Of a stretch of 64,000 nt of DNA, positions 56,081 through 64,000 are shown piece after piece. Position 1 is the first letter of the stretch, and each line of letters begins with the position of its first letter. The stretch lies in NCBI GenBank assembly GCA_002254565.1, contig NJEG01000015.1, positions 4,726 through 68,725 of the forward strand, in the 5' to 3' direction. Origin of the DNA: Candidatus Altiarchaeales archaeon ex4484_2. Its GTDB lineage: Archaea > Altiarchaeota > Altiarchaeia > IMC4 > QMZM01. Below the pieces are notes generated by a model. It made no database searches, was not told the DNA's origin, and was given only the letters and a program-made list of their open reading frames with translations. Made by a program: the position numbers and the translations under genes.

Positions 56081-58162
56081 TCAACTAGTTATATCTGATA
56101 TCTCGGTCTTTATTTTCTCGGCTGTTTTCCTGCCCACGACAGATGCAAGCCCTTTGATGTCTGCCTCCCCCAGGTCAGATGGTTTCTGATATCCCCTGTT
56201 GTATAAACGTCTAGCCCTGACCCTGCCAATACCCTTTATTCTTATTAAGGGAACAAGCTCTTCCCTGATGCCGTTACGGAGCCTTAACTCCATCTTGCTC
56301 ATCTCTCCCGCTGACTTCTTCAATTCAAGGATTCGCGCAATCTCGGAAGCAGAGTAAGCAAGCCACTCAGCCACCGAAGTCCTCCGGTAAAGCATTCCGG
56401 GAGGAATATTAAAGTGCTCGTATATAAACTCCTCCGATTCCTCAGAAATCCACGACTGAAGAAGACTGGCCGTCCGGTACCGTTCCAGGAAACCATAATC
56501 CAGGTCAAAGCCGTCCAGATCCCTTAAAAGCTGCCCCGAGTTCTGGAAAGCATCCTCCCACAGCGTCTGCTCATTCTCTTTCTTCACATACAACAAAGGC
56601 AGCTCATCTGAATCACACAGCATCTCCAGCAAACCAAGAGATGGAAAGCTACCCCCCTCTTCCGCTTTCTGCATCAGGTTAATGTAATTGAATGCAGTCT
56701 TGGGGTCGATATATAACTCAGAAACCCGCTTGCCCAAATCCGTAGGCAACAATAGATCATTCACGCCGGTCTTGATGAAACCCCAGAGCTCAAGCTTATC
56801 CAACACCGTCTCCAGCAGTGAACTAAAACCCTCGATACCATACTGGAATCCGAAGAAGGTGGACTGAAAGAACTCCGTCAGGGAATTCTCTGTTCTCGTG
56901 AATGATGAAGCAATCGAAGCCAGCACATGACACCTGAGGACCGGCTCCACGCCAAGCGCCGAATGTATGGATTCAATCTCTCCATTAACGTATTTCTCGA
57001 AAACAAAATCTGCCTCCGACTCGCTTCTAGCTATGGAATACGCCAAACCGACCCTGTCATATTTAGGTCTCCCTGCCCTGCCAACCTGCTGCTTGTACTC
57101 CAGAACAGGGATATATTTCGAGCCAGAGCCAGTATACCTGGTTAAATCCCGCACGATAACAGTCCGGGAGGGGAGGTTTACTCCCGCAGCAAGCGTCGGA
57201 GTCGCTGCGATAACCTTCAGCAACCCATCCCTGAAGGCGTCCTCAATCAACGTCCTCTGCCTGCCGGTAATACCCGCGTGATGGAATACTACACCATGTT
57301 TGGCGCACGCAGAAAGCCTCTTGCACTGCTCTGTGGGAGAGCTCAACGCGTTAAGTATCTTTTCACCCAAATCCTGTAGTTCAACACCACAATCTAGGCT
57401 GAGATCTGACCCAAGCTTCTTCGCCACAGACTCAGCACTCCTTCTGGAGCTGACGAAAACAAGAGTCTGCCCCCCATCCACCAGCGACTCCCTCACAAGC
57501 TCAACCAGTTTCCGGTTCTTATCTGCTCCAACAGCAACCTTCTCCGTTAACTTTACAGGCCTCCATTCAGAGGATACGAGCTCTGCATCAAGCCATCCGG
57601 AAAGCTCCTGGGGGTTTCCTACTGTAGCTGACAACGCCAGAATTTGCATCTCACTGAACAATTTCCTGAATTTCACAGCCAGTATCTCATACACAGGCCC
57701 CCGATCTGATGCTATCAAGTGCACTTCATCCAGGACCAGCATGCCGGTGTTCTCAAACCACTGCGGCCTGGACCTCAGAATGGAATCACATTTCTCTGCC
57801 GTGGAAACAAGAACATCGAAGTCCAGGCTTTTCCTGTATCTGGAGGAATCAAGGTCTCCCATCTCAATCCTGACCCTGAAGCCGAGTTTCTCGTATTTTT
57901 TGAAGTCCCGGTATTTCTCGTAGGCTAAAGCCTTCAATGGCACTATATAGACTATCTTTTTACCCTCCGACAGCTTCCCAGCCATCAACAACTCCGCTGC
58001 GAAGGTCTTGCCGGATGCTGTGGGGGTCGATAAAACAGTGTTCCTACCCTCCATGGCCTTACTTTCCACGAGCAGATTCTGGGGGGGATAGAGTTCCACT
58101 ATACCCTCAGAGCTGAACAAGTCCCTGAATCTCCCGGGGATGGGTGTATCATCCAAGTGCAT
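56081..58162 (-). CDS. hel308: Ski2-like DNA helicase Hel308
   Basis: TPTASGKT, DEVH, LSATVGN, HHAG, TPTLAAGVNLP, GRAGRP, GIGRVRARRLY. Confidence 0.95.
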   Translation of the reverse strand: MHLDDTPIPGRFRDLFSSEGIVELYPPQNLLVESKAMEGRNTVLSTPTASGKTFAAELLMAGKLSEGKKIVYIVPLKALAYEKYRDFKKYEKLGFRVRIEMGDLDSSRYRKSLDFDVLVSTAEKCDSILRSRPQWFENTGMLVLDEVHLIASDRGPVYEILAVKFRKLFSEMQILALSATVGNPQELSGWLDAELVSSEWRPVKLTEKVAVGADKNRKLVELVRESLVDGGQTLVFVSSRRSAESVAKKLGSDLSLDCGVELQDLGEKILNALSSPTEQCKRLSACAKHGVVFHHAGITGRQRTLIEDAFRDGLLKVIAATPTLAAGVNLPSRTVIVRDLTRYTGSGSKYIPVLEYKQQVGRAGRPKYDRVGLAYSIARSESEADFVFEKYVNGEIESIHSALGVEPVLRCHVLASIASSFTRTENSLTEFFQSTFFGFQYGIEGFSSLLETVLDKLELWGFIKTGVNDLLLPTDLGKRVSELYIDPKTAFNYINLMQKAEEGGSFPSLGLLEMLCDSDELPLLYVKKENEQTLWEDAFQNSGQLLRDLDGFDLDYGFLERYRTASLLQSWISEESEEFIYEHFNIPPGMLYRRTSVAEWLAYSASEIARILELKKSAGEMSKMELRLRNGIREELVPLIRIKGIGRVRARRLYNRGYQKPSDLGEADIKGLASVVGRKTAEKIKTEISDITS

Positions 58163-58246
58163 TCTCCAACATACATATACGATTCAGCGAATGAAATAAT
58201 CACCTATATTTTGATGTGGATTCCATATATTATATACTCAACGAAA

Positions 58247-58406
58247 GGGGCTGTGGGGTAACCAGGCATCCTAGCGGGCTCCAGAATCAATGGAGCGCTG
58301 ATTTCCCGCAGGGGAGAGATGACGAAAAACAGGTCAGAGACCGATAAGTCTTGAAGAAACTGGATGGAGTGACCTGCCGATGGGGGTTCAAATCCCTCCA
58401 GCCCCA
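58247..58406 (+). tRNA. tRNA-Trp(CCA) with an 87-nt intron at 37/38 (exons 58247-58284 and 58372-58406)
   Basis: GGGGCTG/CAGCCCC acceptor stem; GCGGG-CTCCAG|A-CCTGC anticodon arm; bulge-helix-bulge with a CTCC/GGAG central helix. Confidence 0.93.
58285..58371 (+). ncRNA. Intron-encoded box C/D guide RNA
   Basis: TGGAGC (antisense to the anticodon loop) followed by CTGA (box D); ATGACGA and TTGAAGA C-like boxes; CAGGTC antisense to the spliced 37-42 region. Confidence 0.75.
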
Positions 58407-58440
58407 AGACTTTATTTTTTTATATGATAGGTGATAGAGA

Positions 58441-58917
58441 ATGGAATGTGAGCTCTGCGGTAGAAGCATGATAGAAGGCAGGAAGGTGAAGGTAGAGGGT
58501 TCTATTGTAACAGTCTGCGACCAGTGCTCGGAATACGGGGAAGTAGTTAAGCCGGTACCGGTAATTCTGGATAAACCAAGAAAGCCAGAAAAGAAGAGGA
58601 GATATGATTTCAGCCTGAACATCCAGGAGGAGTTAATAGAAGACTATGGGATAGAGGTGAAGAAAGCTAGAGAGAGAAAAAACATGAAACAAGAGGAGCT
58701 GGCTAAGAAGATAAATGAACCCGCATCCATGGTAAAGAAGATAGAGTCAGGGAAGATGAAGCCGAGCATAAAAATAGCGAAACGGGTAGAAGGCATCCTT
58801 GGAATAAAATTAATTGAAAAAATAGGGGAAAAAGAGATAGATAAATCGGATAGCGGGGAAAGAAAAGAGATAACCCTGGGGGATGTCATAACCATAAGAA
58901 AGAAAAAAAGAGGCTGA
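58441..58917 (+). CDS. mbf1: Archaeal multiprotein bridging factor aMBF1
   Basis: CELCG/CDQC Zn ribbon, HTH, TLGD motif. Confidence 0.93.
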   Translation: MECELCGRSMIEGRKVKVEGSIVTVCDQCSEYGEVVKPVPVILDKPRKPEKKRRYDFSLNIQEELIEDYGIEVKKARERKNMKQEELAKKINEPASMVKKIESGKMKPSIKIAKRVEGILGIKLIEKIGEKEIDKSDSGERKEITLGDVITIRKKKRG

Positions 58918-58918
58918 A

Positions 58919-60403
58919 ATGGGGTACTGGATCATATTCCTGATAACATTTATTGCAGGGACTGCGGTGTTAATGCAGACCAAATATGAAAGGCATCTGA
59001 AAATAATCTTTCTCATAAGGACACAGCACTTTATTAACGCAATAGATTTTGTCTCGAAAATAGCTCCAAGATTCTGGCTCTTTCTCGTGGACGCAGCACT
59101 GCCTCTCTTCTTCGGCGGCGTAGGATTCGCCTATCTCTCAAAACAAGAGGAGTCACATAGAAACCTGAACATATTACTTGCCTTCAGTGGATTCATAACT
59201 GCATTAGTCATATCCCCTGACATTATAACGTTTCTGGTAATTTCCCTGCTAATGGTACTCGGGCTACACAGCCTGAAGAAGAGAAACACGTCAGCTGACT
59301 TCATCACAGGCTCCATATTTGTAACCATCATCACGTTGAAGATTCTTGGGGGTTTATCACTGCTCGGACTCTCAATAAATCTTCCGACAGAGTACATATA
59401 CCCTCTTGCATTAATTGAGGGGACATTAGGCATAGTTCCGCTGATGTTCATCGCCTTCATAGCCCAGGCATATGATATCGTATTTGAGGGTTCGCAGAGA
59501 CCCGGCGTTTCCCCTGCTCTGCCTGATGTGAGGGATGGTGAGCTAGGTCTGAGTTTCCCGGGAACAGACATATTCATTCCATTCATATATGCATTAATCG
59601 CCGTTGCTACAGTACTCTTCCCCCATGAATTCGCTCACGGAATAATCGCGAGAGTGCATAAGCTCAAGCTGAAATCAACAGGCCTGTTAACCCTGGGCAT
59701 CCTGCCCATAGGGGCGTTTGTCGAGCCCGATGAGGAAGAGATTAAGGAACGACCAAGCCTGCAGAAGACGCAGATATTTATCGCAGGCTCCTTCGCCAAT
59801 CTCCTGGTTTCCCTGCTGGCCGTGGTTTTACTGGCTTCTATCTCTCCAATCTATCTGGCAATGAGTTCTGAGGGTGTGGAGATAACAGACTTCGACTCTA
59901 ATTCAAGCCTGAAGGGGAATATTGCTGTGGGAGAAATACTTTGTGAAATAAACAATCACCCAGTAACCAGTATAACAAGTTTCAAGGAGGTTGCATCCCA
60001 TCTAATGCCGGGGGATAACGCCACACTCACCACAAACAAGGGCTCATACACGGTAACGTTGGCTGAGCACCCGGAAAACAGTAGCAGAGGGTATATGGGG
60101 ATAATAGTAAGACCCTACAACAGCATTATCGGATACAGAATAATTGACTTCATCACTACCGCATTATTCTGGATATGGTTCTTCAATTTCAACATCTGTC
60201 TTGTGAATCTACTTCCTATAGTGCCATTCGACGGCTGGCGTATTCTTGAGGAATTAACGAAAACCTTCCGAGTAAACCAAAAAGAAGCTATGAAGATAGT
60301 CAAGGGTGTGGTAGCTTTCTCCCTGTTCCTGTTGCTCCTGAATGCACTACCACTCTTGACCCAGGCCATCAACTTGTTTATAGACCTATTAAGCAAAATC
60401 TAG
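58919..60403 (+). CDS. Site-2 (M50) intramembrane metalloprotease with PDZ-like domain
   Basis: HEFAH, GAFVEPD, AGSFAN, NLLPIVPFDG. Confidence 0.93.
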   Translation: MGYWIIFLITFIAGTAVLMQTKYERHLKIIFLIRTQHFINAIDFVSKIAPRFWLFLVDAALPLFFGGVGFAYLSKQEESHRNLNILLAFSGFITALVISPDIITFLVISLLMVLGLHSLKKRNTSADFITGSIFVTIITLKILGGLSLLGLSINLPTEYIYPLALIEGTLGIVPLMFIAFIAQAYDIVFEGSQRPGVSPALPDVRDGELGLSFPGTDIFIPFIYALIAVATVLFPHEFAHGIIARVHKLKLKSTGLLTLGILPIGAFVEPDEEEIKERPSLQKTQIFIAGSFANLLVSLLAVVLLASISPIYLAMSSEGVEITDFDSNSSLKGNIAVGEILCEINNHPVTSITSFKEVASHLMPGDNATLTTNKGSYTVTLAEHPENSSRGYMGIIVRPYNSIIGYRIIDFITTALFWIWFFNFNICLVNLLPIVPFDGWRILEELTKTFRVNQKEAMKIVKGVVAFSLFLLLLNALPLLTQAINLFIDLLSKI

Positions 60404-62047
60404 AACCTTACCCATGTAAACACCTTCCCTTCTGTAACCAAATTTCCTGTAGTAGTTTCTCGCACCAATACCGCTTGTCACAAGAACCTGCTTCATGTCG
60501 AACTCCTCCCTGCTAATCCTCTCCGCTTCAGATAAAAGCTCTCTACCGTAGCCCCTGTGCTGCCACTCGGACAACGGCTTCTCCCCCACCTCAACCATCG
60601 GTCCATAAACGTGTAGCTCCCTTACCAGGGCAGTGTGTTCATCGATCTCAGGCCTGAAGGGTTTGGATGGAATCCGCAGCCTCAGGAAACCGATGAGAAT
60701 ATCCTTTCTCCGGTCCTCGAAGGATAGAAAGATTTCCCTGCCCCCGCTGGCAGTATACTCTATTCTGCTGAGTTCTATGTCATCAATTCCTGGCTCAACC
60801 CCCCTGGAAAGGAATCTACCAACCTCCCTGCACCGTATACACCTGCATTTCACGCCAAGCTCACTCATCCTACGGTAGAGTAATTCCCCCAGATTGCTGG
60901 CCTTAATACCAGCCTCTACCAGATTAGATGGTATGTCTCTCATAATCCTCATAGTCCTAATCCATGGAGGCATTACCTTCTTGACCTTAACCAGCAAATC
61001 CACCGCATCATCTGTCTCAAGCGGATGGAATAAACCTCCCCTCCACATTTTGTAGTACTCAGTGCCCTTGATTACCAGACAGGGATATATTTTAAGCATA
61101 TCCGGCTTGAATCTCTCCTCATTAAACACCATCTCGAAGCCCCTCAAGTCCAGTTCAGGTCTGTTGCCCAGAAGACCTGGCATCATGTGATAAGAGACCT
61201 TCAAACCCGAATCCTTCATCTCTCTGGTGGATTCAACAACATCATCCACCCTATGACCCCGGTTCACCCTGTGGTATATGAAATCAAAGGGATTCTGAAC
61301 TCCAGTCTCCACCCGGGTGACCCCGAAAGAAAGCATCCAGTTAATCTGTTCTCTCCTAGCCCAGTCAGGTCTCGGCTCGAAGGTTAAGCCAACACACCGG
61401 ACCATTGAGCTCTCATTTTCTCGCTGAATATCCTCCCTGTATCTGAATCTTTTTTCTCCGGAATTGAATCCCTTAACGAAAACATCCTCCCCATTTCGTT
61501 TTATGCTTTCATGGTTTGATTCGAAGTCGTTCATCGCCCTAAGGCATTCCTTCACAAACCAGTCCTGATAGTCTATGCATTGAGAAGTCAGGGTTCCCCC
61601 CATCACAATCAACTCCACCTTGTCCACCGAATGCCCTATGCTCTTGAGCTGATGAAGGCGGAACGTGGTCTGCAGATAGGGATGGAAGGAGTACTGGATT
61701 GCTCTCCTGGCAGCAGGTTCCTTGCCAGTGTAACTTTGGGGGGTGTTTATTTCAGGGCCACCTGGACAGTAACCGCATCTACCGTGAGGGCATCTATGCG
61801 GCCTTGTCATCACAGCAACAACAGCCACACCAGAGAGTGTTCTAGAGGGTTTCTTCCTCAGAAGCTCAAGGAATCTCTTCCTTCCACTAGGACCCAAGCG
61901 GTCAAGTATCTCGGAATCCCGGGGTATGCTCTCAAGACTGTAACTGCATGAGACCTTGATTTTAACCCTGTTTAGATCATCCTTGGAGGATATCCCACCT
62001 TTTTTGAGAAGAGAGATTATCTCTGAGAGAGCTTTATCTGATTCCAT
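60389..62047 (-). CDS. elp3: Elp3 radical SAM/KAT tRNA U34 modification enzyme
   Basis: CPHGRCGYC, PQSYTG.EPA, MGGT, RELHVYG, QHRGYG. Confidence 0.96.
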   Translation of the reverse strand: MESDKALSEIISLLKKGGISSKDDLNRVKIKVSCSYSLESIPRDSEILDRLGPSGRKRFLELLRKKPSRTLSGVAVVAVMTRPHRCPHGRCGYCPGGPEINTPQSYTGKEPAARRAIQYSFHPYLQTTFRLHQLKSIGHSVDKVELIVMGGTLTSQCIDYQDWFVKECLRAMNDFESNHESIKRNGEDVFVKGFNSGEKRFRYREDIQRENESSMVRCVGLTFEPRPDWARREQINWMLSFGVTRVETGVQNPFDFIYHRVNRGHRVDDVVESTREMKDSGLKVSYHMMPGLLGNRPELDLRGFEMVFNEERFKPDMLKIYPCLVIKGTEYYKMWRGGLFHPLETDDAVDLLVKVKKVMPPWIRTMRIMRDIPSNLVEAGIKASNLGELLYRRMSELGVKCRCIRCREVGRFLSRGVEPGIDDIELSRIEYTASGGREIFLSFEDRRKDILIGFLRLRIPSKPFRPEIDEHTALVRELHVYGPMVEVGEKPLSEWQHRGYGRELLSEAERISREEFDMKQVLVTSGIGARNYYRKFGYRREGVYMGKVLDFA

Positions 62048-62073
62048 AGTTAAAGAATCTGATAGGATGAAGA

Positions 62074-62274
62074 CTACAGGACCTTTGTTTCCTTCTGCCT
62101 CATTGAACGGCTTATTTGTCCAGCAATCTTGTTCCTCATAGACTTGCTCTGTATATCACTGTATTCCTGCACCTTCACTTTGTTGTTGTCGAATTCTATA
62201 TTGAATTCATCAGGATACTCGTCCACTAAGCCCTCTGCAATCCTCTTCAGGAAATTTTGTTTTATTCGACCCAT
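62074..62274 (-). CDS. rps17e: Ribosomal protein eS17
   Basis: MGRIK, FDNNK, SKSMRNKIAG. Confidence 0.95.
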   Translation of the reverse strand: MGRIKQNFLKRIAEGLVDEYPDEFNIEFDNNKVKVQEYSDIQSKSMRNKIAGQISRSMRQKETKVL

Positions 62275-62284
62275 TTTTTTGTGT

Positions 62285-63172
62285 TCAGAGGTTTTGATAG
62301 ATATCTAATATGGAACCGAAGTTAAAAATATCGAACAGTGTTCTCTGCCTTTCCACCACCCTAACTATATCGGGCTCACCCCATATCTCTCCAAGCTCTT
62401 TCGCTTTATCAACCGCATCGTCCATGTTCCCCAGCTGATCAATCAGTCCGTAGTCTCTTGCATCGCTCCCCAGATAGATTGAGCCATCCGAGAGATTTCT
62501 TGTGTAAGAGTAGGAGAGGTTTCTGTTGGCTGCCACATCAGAGATGAAATTATGGTATATTTTATCCACCATGTGCTTTAGTTCCTCTTTTTCTCCCTCC
62601 TCCATAGGCCGGTAGGGGCTGCCTATATCTTTACTATCCCCTGATTTAATCACGGTTACATTAATCCCAAGTTTATCATATAATCCATAGTAGTGCTGTA
62701 GGCTCATTATAACACCTATGCTACCTGTCATGGAGTCCTGGTATGCTATAATCCAGTCTGCTGCTGAGGCAGCATAGTATGCTCCGGAGGCACCTACCTC
62801 ACCTATCCTTGCAACAACAGGTTTCCTGGTTTCCCTGACAGCCTCCATGAGTTCCCGGCTGGCTGAAACACCACCCCCGCCGGAGTTTATGTCCAGTATC
62901 ACTGCCTTGATTTCGTTGCTGGAGTCAGCGTACTCCAGTTTTCTCTTGATGTCGTCTACCTTGGCGCATGCTGGCACACCGGTCAGGAAGCTTCCGCTGC
63001 ATCCCTCCATCGTTATCTGGCCCTTCACGGGAATAACCAGGATTTTCTGACCTACCAGGGGCAACTGGTTCAGGTCCATCAACTCATCTACCATGAAATA
63101 CACCCCAACAGCTCCCAGAATAAGGAAACAAAGCATACCAGCAGCCAATAAAATCTTCCACCTGCGTTCCAT
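62285..63172 (-). CDS. sppA: Signal peptide peptidase SppA (S49)
   Basis: INSGGG, ASGAYY, GSIGV, KSGDSKD. Confidence 0.93.
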   Translation of the reverse strand: MERRWKILLAAGMLCFLILGAVGVYFMVDELMDLNQLPLVGQKILVIPVKGQITMEGCSGSFLTGVPACAKVDDIKRKLEYADSSNEIKAVILDINSGGGGVSASRELMEAVRETRKPVVARIGEVGASGAYYAASAADWIIAYQDSMTGSIGVIMSLQHYYGLYDKLGINVTVIKSGDSKDIGSPYRPMEEGEKEELKHMVDKIYHNFISDVAANRNLSYSYTRNLSDGSIYLGSDARDYGLIDQLGNMDDAVDKAKELGEIWGEPDIVRVVERQRTLFDIFNFGSILDIYQNL

Positions 63173-63198
63173 TTTTTTTTATTTGAAGTCTTGGTTTT

Positions 63199-63332
63199 AT
63201 GCGGCTGTCGGGATTTGAACATAAGGGCGCCTTCCCCGCCCTCGCTCATCCCCCAGGGGGGATGGCGCGCAGAGAGCTTTGCTCTCTCGCGTATCAACCC
63301 ATCCGAGCCTTTCTCTCTCAAGAGATAGTTCG
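63199..63332 (-). mobile_element. 112-bp structured mini-element followed by an exact 22-bp copy of the tRNA-Gly 3' end (att-like)
   Basis: ATGCGGCTGTCGGGATTTGAAC at 63199-63220 equals 63333-63354; three GC-rich hairpins lie between. Confidence 0.65.
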
Positions 63333-63333
63333 A

Positions 63334-63407
63334 TGCGGCTGTCGGGATTTGAACCCGAGTCGCTGGCTTGGCAAGCCAGAGTGATAACCAGACTACACTA
63401 CAGCCGC
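63334..63407 (-). tRNA. tRNA-Gly(GCC)
   Basis: GCGGCTG/CAGCCGC acceptor stem; CTGGC-TTGCCAA-GCCAG anticodon arm; GGTTCAAATCC T-arm. Confidence 0.96.
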
Positions 63408-63642
63408 TTATCCGAGGATGATATTATCGTTCCTCCTCTGCATTATGTCTAAATTAATTGGTTTCAGGAAATAAATAGCCGTAAACATGACTGCTAAGAG
63501 TCTCAGAGACTATTGTTTCTGTCTAAAAAATACGGGGTGATAAGATATGTATTTTTTGCGTTCTGTTGGAGGGTAGAAAACAGGTATGTATTTTTACGTG
63601 GAAGTTAAAAGATATTATTTAAAGCTTAGTGGGTGATGGATA

Positions 63643-64000
63643 ATGGTTGAGAGAGTTAAAACGGGTGTTGATGGTTTAGATGGTTTGGTTGATGGTGGGT
63701 TCCCGGAAGGTTCTTGTGTCTTGGTTTCTGGTTCCCCGGGTACTGGGAAAACTATTTTTGGGTTGCAGTTTCTTGTGGAGGGTGCGTTGAATGATGAGCC
63801 TGGAATCTATGTTACGTTTGAGGAGTCTAGGGAAGCAGTCATTAGCCAATGTCAGGGATTTGGGTGGGATCTAGAAAAATTTGAGGGAGAGAATAAGATA
63901 AGGATTAATTCTGTTGACCCTATGACTCTCAAACAAACCCTTGAGAAGGTAGAGAAAGAGAAGGAGGAGATTAATGCTAGGAGGTTGGTGCTTGATTCCC
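63643..64000 (+). CDS. KaiC/RAD55-family ATPase, 3' partial (absent from the ORF track)
   Basis: MVERVKTGVDGLD..GGFPEGS.VLVSGSPGTGKT..LQFL, YVTFEE, FGWD, RRLVLDS. Confidence 0.92.
   Translation, partial: MVERVKTGVDGLDGLVDGGFPEGSCVLVSGSPGTGKTIFGLQFLVEGALNDEPGIYVTFEESREAVISQCQGFGWDLEKFEGENKIRINSVDPMTLKQTLEKVEKEKEEINARRLVLDS

Noticed and set aside
63199..63220. Split-tRNA half or second tRNA-Gly gene
   Set aside because: Only the last ~21 nt of the tRNA are present, with no anticodon arm or BHB-forming leader.
63199..63384. Small ORFs overlapping tRNA genes (63199-63384, 63088-63321, 58204-58407, 2080-2373)
   Set aside because: Chance translations of tRNA and element sequence.

Overview
Archaeal chromosomal window of mostly core genes: rpoH-rpoB-rpoA1-rpoA2-L30e-nusA-S12, S8 through secY, dnaG, radA, lonB, srp54, cca, endA, kae1, hel308, elp3, an S-layer gene and mfnB. 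The gene set and protein style suggest an uncultured lineage such as Altiarchaeota; this is inference only. The window has four tRNA genes (His, Arg, intron-containing Trp, Gly), a chemosensory cluster flanked by MinD and ParA ATPases, and a pair of GT2 glycosyltransferases. About ten junctions (short deletions and one exact 77-bp duplication) break genes, including essential ones, and most likely reflect assembly artefacts rather than biology. The most interesting signals are: (1) two homologous structured mini-elements behind different tRNA genes, each ending in a copy of its host tRNA 3' end; (2) a 39-aa domain shared at 74% identity between the C-terminus of RNA polymerase subunit A'' and the N-terminus of ribosomal protein eL32; (3) a ~143-nt structured RNA upstream of dnaG; (4) a PpfA/TlpT-like ParA plus soluble chemoreceptor module. 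No CRISPR array, rRNA gene, integrase or transposase was seen.
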